Part shown: one piece after another, positions 47,170 through 55,624 of the stretch | Layout: each line of letters opens with the position of its first letter | Numbering within the stretch: the first letter of the stretch is position 1 | NCBI GenBank assembly: GCA_036517475.1 | Contig: DATDVZ010000010.1 | Location: 15,338-79,337 of the forward strand | Direction of reading: 5' to 3' | Length of the DNA: 64,000 bases | Source of the DNA: Minisyncoccota bacterium | GTDB lineage: Bacteria; Patescibacteriota; Minisyncoccia; Phycocordibacterales; Zambryskibacteraceae | The notes under the pieces: model-generated | The model's database searches: none | What the model was told of the DNA's origin: nothing | What the model saw: only the letters and a program-made list of their open reading frames with translations | Made by a program: the position numbers and the translations under genes

Positions 47170-47203
47170 TGGTCTATGTTCTATGATAAATGATCTATGA
47201 CTT
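47169..47203. repeat. heptamer array, 5 units (atggtct atgttct atgataa atgatct ATGactt)
   Basis: the last unit is the start codon of the 47197 gene. Confidence 0.8.
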
Positions 47204-47832
47204 TAAACGCAAAAGCAACACAAGAGTTTGTTCCAATTGAAGAGGTGCGTGACGGCATTATTGTCATGAAAGACAGCGGAATGCGCGCTGTTCTTCTGTG
47301 TTCTTCTCTGAATTTTTCACTCAAATCAGATGATGAGCGAACAGCAACCCTTCTGCAATTTCAGGACTTTTTGAATTCTCTGGATTTTTCGATTCAAATT
47401 TATATTGAGTCCCGCCGGCTTGATATCAGGCCGTATCTTGCGCTGTTGGAGAACCAGAAAAAGAATCAGACAAACAGTCTGATGAAAATACAGATTCAGG
47501 AATATATTGAATTTGTTAAAAGTTTCACTGAACAAACAAATATAATGAAAAAAAGTTTTTATGTTGTCGTGCCGTTTTCTCCAGCGATAATAAGACAAAA
47601 AGGAAACATTCTTTCAAACATATTGCCGTCACAGAAACAAACAAGCGAGAAAGAGTCCGCAAACTTTGAGGAGAGTCGTACCCAAATTGAACAGCGTCTC
47701 TCGGTTGTTGAACAAGGACTCATGCGCTGCGGTATAAGAGTTGCCAGACTCGGTACAGAAGCAATAGTTGAATTGTTCTATAAAATATTTAATCCGGGGG
47801 AAAGCGAAAAACCGATTCAGTTGAAGACATAG
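47197..47832 (+). CDS. VirB4/TraC N-terminal-domain-like protein (N-terminal fragment of a split VirB4)
   Basis: 211 aa; FVPIEEVRDGIIVMKDSGMRAVLLCSSLNFSLKSDDE...RLGTEAIVELFYKIFNP. Confidence 0.5.
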   Translation: MTLNAKATQEFVPIEEVRDGIIVMKDSGMRAVLLCSSLNFSLKSDDERTATLLQFQDFLNSLDFSIQIYIESRRLDIRPYLALLENQKKNQTNSLMKIQIQEYIEFVKSFTEQTNIMKKSFYVVVPFSPAIIRQKGNILSNILPSQKQTSEKESANFEESRTQIEQRLSVVEQGLMRCGIRVARLGTEAIVELFYKIFNPGESEKPIQLKT

Positions 47833-47947
47833 AACATTAAACATGAAACATAGAATATTAGACATAGAACATAAAACACTTGAATTGAAAGTCCGAATTC
47901 AAAGCATGTTTCATGCTTCATGTTCCATGACTAATGATAAATGACCA
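47828..47947. repeat. inverted heptamer array: 8 units in catagaa phase, central gaattgaaagtccgaattc, then 6 units in atgttct phase ending in the ATG at 47941
   Basis: imperfect palindrome about 120 bp. The TAG stop of the upstream gene is inside the first unit. Confidence 0.85.
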
Positions 47948-49770
47948 CAATGGGAATATTTGATTTTTTAAAAAAGAAAAAAAGTGAAAATTCATTAGCG
48001 AGTATATCTATTCTGCCCCATGAAATTTATGAGGCAAATACTCTTGATTTAAAGGATATTATCGCTCCCAGCGCCCTTAAGGTCGGGCCAAAGGATATTA
48101 ACCTCGGCGAAAAGATAATGCGCTCTTTCTTTGTTATTTCCTATCCTTCTTCTTTGGGAGAAAGCTGGTTTGCGCCGATAATAAATTTGGACAGAGTTTT
48201 TGATGTTGCTATATTCGTCCACCCTATTGAAACTTCAAAAATTCTCAAGAAATTTCAAAAAAAAGTCGCAGAAGTCCAGAGTCAGATCCATGAAAGAGAA
48301 GAGAAGGGGCTTGTGCGCGATCCCATGCTTGATATTGCCTACCAAGACCTGGAAAATCTGCGGGATCAGCTGCAGCAAGCGCAAGAAAAACTATTTGACG
48401 TAGGATTATATATTTCAATTTACGCTGATAACGAAAATGAGCTGGATAAAATTGAATCTGAAATTAAGTCCATTCTTGAGTCCAAACTTGTCTATATCAA
48501 GCCGGCTCTTTTCCAGCAACAAGAAGCATTTAAAAGCATCCTGCCTATGGGAGATGATATTATTGCGGTAAATTCAAAACTTAACTCCTCCCCGCTTTCA
48601 TCACTTTTCCCTTTTATATCATTTGATCTTTCTACCGAGGAGGGAATTCTTTATGGCATTAACAGACATAACTCATCTCTTGTACTTTTTGACCGTTTTT
48701 CGCTTGAAAATTACAACTCAATAATTTTTGCAAAATCCGGTGCCGGCAAAAGCTATGCCACCAAGCTTGAAATCCTAAGGACACTAATGTTTGATACGGA
48801 AGTCATAGTAATTGACCCGGAAAGAGAATATGAATTCATGGCTGACGCCATCGGCGGAAGATATTTTAAAATTTCTCTGACCTCCGAACACCACATCAAC
48901 CCTTTTGATCTTCCGCCACCCGGACCGGATGAATCATTCGCCAATATTTTGCGCTCCAATATTATTAATCTTGTCGGACTCTTCCGCCTGATGATGGGGG
49001 GTCTCAGCGCCGAGGAAGATGCAATAATTGACAGGGCAATTACTGAAACTTACGCTCTCAAAGACATAACACCAGATTCGGATTTTACAAATATTGAACC
49101 TCCGCTTCTTACTGACTTTGAGCTAGTTCTATCTGGAATGGAGGGCGGAGCATCTTTGGCCCAGCGTCTTACAAAATACACAAAGGGTACGTGGGCCGGG
49201 TTTATAAACCGGCCGACAAATGTGGATATAAACAAGAAATTTGTTGTTTTTTCTTTGCGTGACATGGAAGACGAACTCAAGCCCATTGCAATGTATATCG
49301 TCACTCATTACATCTGGAGTGCTGTTAGAAAAGAACTTAAAAAAAGGCTTTTGGTTATTGACGAAGCTTGGTGGATGATGAAATCGGAAGATACCGCCTC
49401 ATTTGTGCTCAATATTGCAAAAAGGGGTAGAAAATATTTCTTAGGTCTTGCCACAATAACGCAGGATGTGGACGATTTCCTTGCCTCTCCCTACGGCACT
49501 CCTATCATTACCAATTCCTCAATTCAACTGCTCTTGAAACAGTCTCCGACAGCCATTGACCGCCTTCAGGGGGTTTTTAATCTGACTGATGAAGAAAAAT
49601 ATCTTTTACTTGAATCAAATGTTGGGGAAGGAATATTTTTTGCCGGGCTAAAGCACGTGGCGATAAAAATCGTTGCCTCTTATACCGAAGATCAGATTAT
49701 AACTTCCGATCCTGCCCAGATATTGGCAATACAAAAAGCAAAACAAGAACTCGAATCTGCTTCCGCGTAA
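47941..49770 (+). CDS. VirB4/TrbE/CagE-family T4SS ATPase (C-terminal ATPase part)
   Basis: 609 aa; Walker A SGAGKSYATK, Walker B LLVIDEAWWMM, RGRKYFLGLATITQ. Confidence 0.7.
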   Translation: MTTMGIFDFLKKKKSENSLASISILPHEIYEANTLDLKDIIAPSALKVGPKDINLGEKIMRSFFVISYPSSLGESWFAPIINLDRVFDVAIFVHPIETSKILKKFQKKVAEVQSQIHEREEKGLVRDPMLDIAYQDLENLRDQLQQAQEKLFDVGLYISIYADNENELDKIESEIKSILESKLVYIKPALFQQQEAFKSILPMGDDIIAVNSKLNSSPLSSLFPFISFDLSTEEGILYGINRHNSSLVLFDRFSLENYNSIIFAKSGAGKSYATKLEILRTLMFDTEVIVIDPEREYEFMADAIGGRYFKISLTSEHHINPFDLPPPGPDESFANILRSNIINLVGLFRLMMGGLSAEEDAIIDRAITETYALKDITPDSDFTNIEPPLLTDFELVLSGMEGGASLAQRLTKYTKGTWAGFINRPTNVDINKKFVVFSLRDMEDELKPIAMYIVTHYIWSAVRKELKKRLLVIDEAWWMMKSEDTASFVLNIAKRGRKYFLGLATITQDVDDFLASPYGTPIITNSSIQLLLKQSPTAIDRLQGVFNLTDEEKYLLLESNVGEGIFFAGLKHVAIKIVASYTEDQIITSDPAQILAIQKAKQELESASA

Positions 49771-49807
49771 TTTTTAATTTCAAATTAAAAATTATATAAT
49801 CAATTAA

Positions 49808-50536
49808 ATGAACCTTGATTCAGATATAAATGAAAATATAGGGAGAGGCCACTCTGCTCTCATCAGAAGTCCGGAAATTGACAGGCAGAGGGCAGAACAG
49901 AAAAAGCGCGCCGGACAAGTTCTTCAGAGTGCCGGTAAAGTCCTATCAAAAACGGGGGAAGGAGCAATAGTGGGAGTTCCAATGCAAGTTGCAGGAACAA
50001 TTTTAAGAAATAGAAACAATAAACAAAGAACGGGGGACGAGGAACAAGAAACAATTGGAACAACAGTGCCAAGTATTACAAGTGAATTTTCAAAGGATTC
50101 TAAAATTGTAAACGAATCGGCACAAAGATCGGAAAAAAGAAATAGAGTGACATTAACAACTACATATCTAATGTTTGGAACGGCTCTCTTTTTTGATTCC
50201 CTGCAATTTGTATTCAGTTTTGTGCCATTTCTTGGCTGGATATTGTCGGGCATCGTTGGTATTTTTGCCTGGTTAACTTTCTATACATGGACCTCAATAA
50301 AGGGCTGGGGCTGGTCAGATACTGTCAAAAAGATTGCAATTAATTGGGCATTGCCTTTGGTAGAAGTTTTTCCCATTATTAACGGCCTGCCACTGTGGAC
50401 ATTGCGAGTAGCAATACAAATTGCAATTATTAAAGCAGAAGATGTCCTATACAACAGTACTCAAGGAAAGGTGGATGTAAAAAATATACTCAATTTCAAA
50501 AGCAAGTATGGGGCAATCTTGAAACCTAGAACATAG
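49808..50536 (+). CDS. membrane protein (3-4 TM in the C-terminal half)
   Basis: 242 aa; stop TAG inside catagaa. Confidence 0.35.
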   Translation: MNLDSDINENIGRGHSALIRSPEIDRQRAEQKKRAGQVLQSAGKVLSKTGEGAIVGVPMQVAGTILRNRNNKQRTGDEEQETIGTTVPSITSEFSKDSKIVNESAQRSEKRNRVTLTTTYLMFGTALFFDSLQFVFSFVPFLGWILSGIVGIFAWLTFYTWTSIKGWGWSDTVKKIAINWALPLVEVFPIINGLPLWTLRVAIQIAIIKAEDVLYNSTQGKVDVKNILNFKSKYGAILKPRT

Positions 50537-50574
50537 AACATGCTTCATGCTCTATGTTTTATGTTCCATGATCA
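50525..50574. repeat. inverted heptamer array (cctagaa catagaa | atgcttc atgctct atgtttt atgttcc atgatca)
   Basis: seen directly. Confidence 0.8.
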
Positions 50575-50592
50575 ACAGGTTATAATTAAAAT

Positions 50593-51582
50593 ATGAGAAA
50601 AATTTTACTTCTTCTGACTGCATTTTTTTTAGTTAATGTCGGGATTATCTTTGCACAGATCAATATCAGCGACATTATCCCCAGTTTCAGTATAAAAATT
50701 TTTCCGGAAATCCCTGTTTCCGGAGACAAAATCAATATTTCAGTTGACAGTTTCTCGGGAATCAATATTGATTCTGCCTCCATTCGTTGGAGTATTAACA
50801 GCAAAATAGTTAAAGAGGGTGTTGGAGAAAAAAATTTCTCCTTTCAGGTAGGAGAATCAGGAAGTGAGACGGAGATCAGAGTGGATATCAACCCTCAAAA
50901 AGGACTGCCTTTTTCAAAAACAATTATTATTCGCCCTTCCGAAATTGATCTAGTATGGGAGGCAGATACATCAGTCCCCCTCCTTTACAGTGGAAAATCG
51001 CTTTTTTCCAGAGAAAGTCTCCTTAGATTTGAAGCTATTCCACATTTTGTTAGAAGAGATAAGACAGAAATCCCAAAAGAATCTTTAATTTATGAATGGA
51101 GAGCAAATAACAAGCTTTACCCAAATTCTTCAGGATATGGAAAAAACTTCTTTTCAATTTCCGGATCGCAATTTGAACAGGTTGAAACAATTGAGGTCAC
51201 GGCTCGTTCAACAGATGGGGGGTTTATTGCAAAGAAATTCGTAACAGTTGAACCTGTTTCTCCGGAAGTTTTAATTTATGAGAACAATCCGCTTCAGGGA
51301 ATACTTTATAATAGAGATGTCGGCTCACAATACAAGCTTTCAAATCAGGAAATCACCTTTAGAGCCGCCCCTTATTATTTTTCCACAAAGGATATCTTCT
51401 CATTTACATTTGACTGGCTTATAAACGGAGCAAAAGTAAGTGCTCCAGAAAAAGACGAGATGACATTAAGAGTGGAAGATGACTCTGCCGGATCATCACG
51501 AATATCAATTCAGGTCAAAAATCCAAAAAAAATTTTCCAGAATTCTAAAAAGGAATTCCTAATAAATTATGGCAATAACTAA
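50593..51582 (+). CDS. secreted beta-rich protein
   Basis: 329 aa, signal peptide. Confidence 0.35.
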   Translation: MRKILLLLTAFFLVNVGIIFAQINISDIIPSFSIKIFPEIPVSGDKINISVDSFSGINIDSASIRWSINSKIVKEGVGEKNFSFQVGESGSETEIRVDINPQKGLPFSKTIIIRPSEIDLVWEADTSVPLLYSGKSLFSRESLLRFEAIPHFVRRDKTEIPKESLIYEWRANNKLYPNSSGYGKNFFSISGSQFEQVETIEVTARSTDGGFIAKKFVTVEPVSPEVLIYENNPLQGILYNRDVGSQYKLSNQEITFRAAPYYFSTKDIFSFTFDWLINGAKVSAPEKDEMTLRVEDDSAGSSRISIQVKNPKKIFQNSKKEFLINYGNN

Positions 51583-52708
51583 CTCACAACTTACAACCAA
51601 CAACCGACAACCAAAATTGCTTTTGATTTTATTTTTATTTCTCTTCCTTTTTCCTTTTTCCTTTGTCAGCGCTGAAATACCACAGTCTGCCAGAGGTAAG
51701 CAATGTTTTGTTTTTGGATATGGCGGAGCAGCAAGTCTTTTCCCCTGTGAAAATCCACCAGCACAAGTGGTCGGCAGAGACTGTGTTGTTTGTGGTAACC
51801 CATCAAATGGTCAGTGTCCAACGCCAATTTCTACAACAAACGGAGGTGGGACAACATTCATATGCGAAGTAGGAACTGCTACTCCACCACCAAACAATCC
51901 TCCACCAACAAGTCTAGGATATATTCCATTGGCCCCACTTCCAGGTGATACACCAGGTCAACCTATAAAAGTTACTGACTATATTCCGAAGGTTTTTAGA
52001 CTTGCCATTGCTGTAGCAGGAGCACTGGCAGTAATTATGATTACAATCGGCGGAATTGAATACATTACTTCCGAAACTATTAACGGCAAAAAGGACGGCA
52101 AAGAAAAAATAACAAACGCTCTGGTTGGACTTCTTTTGGCAATCGGTTCCTGGATTATTTTAAATACGATTGCTCCCGACAGATTCACCCAATTTGATTT
52201 GAGTACGATAAGAACACCGCCACAAATTACAACCGCAACAACCACACCACCATCGCCTGGAAGCTGGCCGAGTGATCAGGGCGTCAGACAAAGGCTTGGG
52301 CTTAGCGGAATATCCATTAATAATAGTAACTGCACTTATATTGGACAGGTCGGATGCACTAGCGTCTATGGATTGAGAGAGAATATTATAAGTGGTCTTG
52401 AGCAGTTAGTGCGGGATTGTTTCGGCCAGTGCAATATCGTAATAACCGGCGGCACTGAATGGTGGCTGCACGGTAACAGAATTGATATCAATTCTACCCA
52501 GCATCGACCAGGTGGAAATGCTGTTGATTTGTCAAAAAATGATTCAGTATTAAATAACTTCATCATGCGTTTCCCGAAGATAGGTTCAGCAACTGGCGGA
52601 AACGGCTGCGCTACAGGCCAAGGATACAATGTTGGCGGAAAAATTTATGTTGATGAGATAAGTTCAGGGGCAAGCACCGGTCCTCATTGGCATATATGTT
52701 TTCCATAA
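51569..52708 (+). CDS. fusion: VirB2/TrbC-like two-helix membrane hairpin plus C-terminal peptidase M15-like (VanY/L-Ala-D-Glu peptidase-type) domain
   Basis: 379 aa; Cys-rich secreted N-region, FRLAIAVAGALAVIMITIGGIEYITS...ALVGLLLAIGSWIILNTI, then STQHRPGGNAVD (SxHxxGxAxD) and GPHWH. Confidence 0.45.
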   Translation: MAITNSQLTTNNRQPKLLLILFLFLFLFPFSFVSAEIPQSARGKQCFVFGYGGAASLFPCENPPAQVVGRDCVVCGNPSNGQCPTPISTTNGGGTTFICEVGTATPPPNNPPPTSLGYIPLAPLPGDTPGQPIKVTDYIPKVFRLAIAVAGALAVIMITIGGIEYITSETINGKKDGKEKITNALVGLLLAIGSWIILNTIAPDRFTQFDLSTIRTPPQITTATTTPPSPGSWPSDQGVRQRLGLSGISINNSNCTYIGQVGCTSVYGLRENIISGLEQLVRDCFGQCNIVITGGTEWWLHGNRIDINSTQHRPGGNAVDLSKNDSVLNNFIMRFPKIGSATGGNGCATGQGYNVGGKIYVDEISSGASTGPHWHICFP

Positions 52709-53976
52709 AAATGAAAATATTTAAAAACAAAAAAAATATTTACATCAGTTTAGGTATTGTCGCAATTCTTATAATCGTATTTGCCTCATTTTTTATTTTT
52801 TCTGGAAAATCAACTCCCTCTCAAAATCAAATAGACACCAATGCACCCTTTGGCACAGGAGGAGGTGATACTTCTTTTCCCACTGAAGTTAGTGGCGAGG
52901 GTTTTGAAAACACATCGCCAGTAAATCCACCAACAGGCTTGTCTATGTGGAAAATCTCTGAAATTCCAGTTACAGGAGCGGGGATTTTTGGTACAGGAAC
53001 CAGCACAACTATAAAGTTTGTTGAGAAAGCTACGGGACATGTGTACAAATACGATCCTGTTTCTGGAGTTAAAGAAAGAATTTCAAACACAACTATCCCA
53101 AAAACTTCAAAAATTGTCTGGGGAAAGGGCGGTGATTCTTTATTATTTCAATATGAAGAAAACGGCTCTATTAAAACCTATTACGCCCAAATTGCCACAA
53201 GCTCTGCCACCTCAACCCCTTCTGGGGATCAGGGATTAGTTAATGGATTTTTCTTTGAAGATAATATTAATAATTTAGTCACTTCGCCCAGTGGAAACAA
53301 AATTTTTTACACGCTTTCCGGAGGAAGCATTTTTAACTTCATAATTTCAGAATTTAATGGATCCAAACCTCTGAAAATCTATTCATCACGGCTTAAGGGG
53401 TGGCAAAATTCATTCCCGAATGAAAATTCTGTGTCAATTACTTCTAGTCCTTCATATGCGGCAGAAGGATACTCATATCTTATAAATTTAAAAAGTGGGT
53501 TGGTAGAAAAAACTATCGGCGGCAAAATTGGATTAACAACCCTTTATTCAAGCAGTACAAAGGGTGTTTTATATTCAAAGAGTGTGAACAATAGTTTCAC
53601 ATCATTTCTACTCAACAGGGAAAATAAAATCGATTTAGAAACAAACATATCAACCCTTCCGGAGAAATGTGTTTGGGGAGAAAAAAATTCTTCATTTATT
53701 TACTGCGGTGTTCCTAAAAATATCCCGGCTGGCACTTACCCCGATGATTGGTATAAAGGCAAGATATCGTTCTCCGATAATGTTTGGATCTATGATACTA
53801 ATACCAGTGCAACAGAATCAGTTATTGATCCGTTGAAAAGCGTTGGAGAGGATATTGACATGGTTGAACCGAAGTTGAGCAAAGATGAAACACTGCTAAT
53901 AATCAGAAACAAAAAAGATTCCTCTCTCTGGGCGCTGAAGCTTGATCCAAAGAGAATTATTGAGTATGTGGATTAG
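52687..53976 (+). CDS. membrane-anchored secreted protein (beta-rich, possibly propeller-like)
   Basis: 429 aa, N-terminal TM. Confidence 0.35.
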   Translation: MAYMFSIKMKIFKNKKNIYISLGIVAILIIVFASFFIFSGKSTPSQNQIDTNAPFGTGGGDTSFPTEVSGEGFENTSPVNPPTGLSMWKISEIPVTGAGIFGTGTSTTIKFVEKATGHVYKYDPVSGVKERISNTTIPKTSKIVWGKGGDSLLFQYEENGSIKTYYAQIATSSATSTPSGDQGLVNGFFFEDNINNLVTSPSGNKIFYTLSGGSIFNFIISEFNGSKPLKIYSSRLKGWQNSFPNENSVSITSSPSYAAEGYSYLINLKSGLVEKTIGGKIGLTTLYSSSTKGVLYSKSVNNSFTSFLLNRENKIDLETNISTLPEKCVWGEKNSSFIYCGVPKNIPAGTYPDDWYKGKISFSDNVWIYDTNTSATESVIDPLKSVGEDIDMVEPKLSKDETLLIIRNKKDSSLWALKLDPKRIIEYVD

Positions 53977-54078
53977 TTAAAAATATAAAAATCAAAATAA
54001 AAGTAATGGTAGTTATTTAGACACTAGGTTTTGTTAACAATTTTGAATTTTATAAATCGTAAATTTTAAATCTTAAGT

Positions 54079-54792
54079 CTACACTTTGAATTTTCTTCTG
54101 ATGAGTTTTTCCTGCACTAACGTAAAAATATTGCTTGTAAACCAATATAGAGCCACCACTCCTGAAATACTATAGGAAATAAAAAGGACAATCACAGGAA
54201 AAAAATATCTCATTTGGATATTCATACTTCTGGCCAGATCACTCTGAAAACTGCGTTTGCCGTCTGTGGATATTGGCGGGGCGGAAACCCGCATCTGGAA
54301 AAAGCTCGATACACCAGCAGCAATAGCAAGTATCCAGCTCTTGCCAGTGATATCAATAAATCCGAGAAAGTTCATGTTAATTTTTTCTGGCAAAGGAATA
54401 AATGAATATTTAAGTGTCTCATCAACAGCCGGTAGACCAGATTTTAAAAATATAAAATAGAGAGCAAAAATTATCGGAAGTTGTATGAGAATGGGTAAAA
54501 TACTTCCAAAGGGGCTGACTTTTTTATTTTTATACAATTCCCATGTTCTCTTAGCTTGTTCCTGCTTGTCAGTTTTATATTTTTCTCTAATTTTGGTGAG
54601 CTCAGGCTCAATCTTTTTCATTTCAATTCCTGCAACTGTAGCTTTGCGTGATAAGGGAAAAAGTATGAATTTCACAATAAGAGTAAAGAATATGATAGCG
54701 AAACCAGCATCCAACCAAGGAAAAGTATGTATAAAGAGAATAAGGCCATTATATAGAGGCTGATAGAAGACATCATGGAAAATAGATTTCAT
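54079..54792 (-). CDS. yidC: membrane protein insertase YidC (short form)
   Basis: 237 aa; LFPLSRKATVAGIEMKKIEPELTKI...PILIQLPIIFALY. Confidence 0.85.
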   Translation of the reverse strand: MKSIFHDVFYQPLYNGLILFIHTFPWLDAGFAIIFFTLIVKFILFPLSRKATVAGIEMKKIEPELTKIREKYKTDKQEQAKRTWELYKNKKVSPFGSILPILIQLPIIFALYFIFLKSGLPAVDETLKYSFIPLPEKINMNFLGFIDITGKSWILAIAAGVSSFFQMRVSAPPISTDGKRSFQSDLARSMNIQMRYFFPVIVLFISYSISGVVALYWFTSNIFTLVQEKLIRRKFKV

Positions 54793-54872
54793 CCTTTGTT
54801 GAAAAATGGTACCACTCTTATGAGCCTTGCCACTTTATTTAATAATATTTCCCCATTGAAATATTAGTAATA

Positions 54873-55202
54873 TTATATCAGACCGCTTTTGCTAAGAAGA
54901 CTCTCTATATCATCATACAAATCTTCTTTAGATATATTACCCAACCTGGATTTAAAATAAAATGCTAACAAAAAACCATCGGTGATTTTTTTCAGAAAAC
55001 TTTTTATCTGCCCGTAACCCCTTCTTCTGAGACGGTTGCGGTCAGCTGCATTCTTTGCAACTTTTTTTGAAACAATAAAAGTAACTTTTGAATTTCCACT
55101 GGCGCGAGACACTTTCAATGACAAAAAATTCCCGCTGAAAGTTTTTCCACGTGACAAAAGATCGAAATCACTTCTCTTTATCCTTCTGTTCTTTGGAAGC
55201 AT
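54873..55202 (-). CDS. rnpA: ribonuclease P protein component
   Basis: 109 aa; Arg/Lys-rich, RNR-like motif. Confidence 0.85.
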   Translation of the reverse strand: MLPKNRRIKRSDFDLLSRGKTFSGNFLSLKVSRASGNSKVTFIVSKKVAKNAADRNRLRRRGYGQIKSFLKKITDGFLLAFYFKSRLGNISKEDLYDDIESLLSKSGLI

Positions 55203-55251
55203 AAATAAACCATTTGTATTTAAATGTATTTAAAAGTTTTAAATCTGGAAA

Positions 55252-55386
55252 TTAAACAGAAATTAACTTTCTGCCTTTTTGCCTTCGTCTCTTTAGTGTT
55301 CGTCGTCCGCCTGAGGATTTTTTTCTTTTAATAAACCCGTGAGCTCGGCTTCTTTTTCTTTTTTTTGGTTGATATGTACGAGACAT
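55252..55386 (-). CDS. rpmH: 50S ribosomal protein L34 (44 aa; not in the ORF track)
   Basis: [44 protein letters not shown]; classic rpmH-rnpA-yidC order. Confidence 0.85.
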   Translation of the reverse strand: MSRTYQPKKRKRSRAHGFIKRKKSSGGRRTLKRRRQKGRKLISV

Positions 55387-55388
55387 AG

Positions 55389-55433
55389 AACTAACATAAT
55401 AACAAACAACTTATAACTTACAACTAGTAACTG
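55389..55433 (-). repeat. heptamer array 5' of rpmH on the minus strand (cagttac tagttgt aagttat aagttgt ttgttat tatgtta gttct-ATG)
   Basis: AGTT/TGTT core at 7-nt spacing. Confidence 0.5.
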
Positions 55434-55624
55434 AATTTCTTAAAAAAGTTTGCTTATTTGCCTAAATTTTTATTGATAAAAATTCAAACAGGTCAAGTTA
55501 TGATGTCCACTTTTTTTCCACTGTTTATCAACATAAAACATGCTTTTTTTCAAGTTTTTTAATATTTGGAGAAGTATATACTACGGGTACTATAACCCTG
55601 TTAATTTCATTCTTTTACTAAAAC

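Noticed and set aside
39196-50574. Heptamer arrays as a CRISPR array
   Set aside because: Units are 7 nt, contiguous and degenerate with no spacers. No cas genes. This is not CRISPR.
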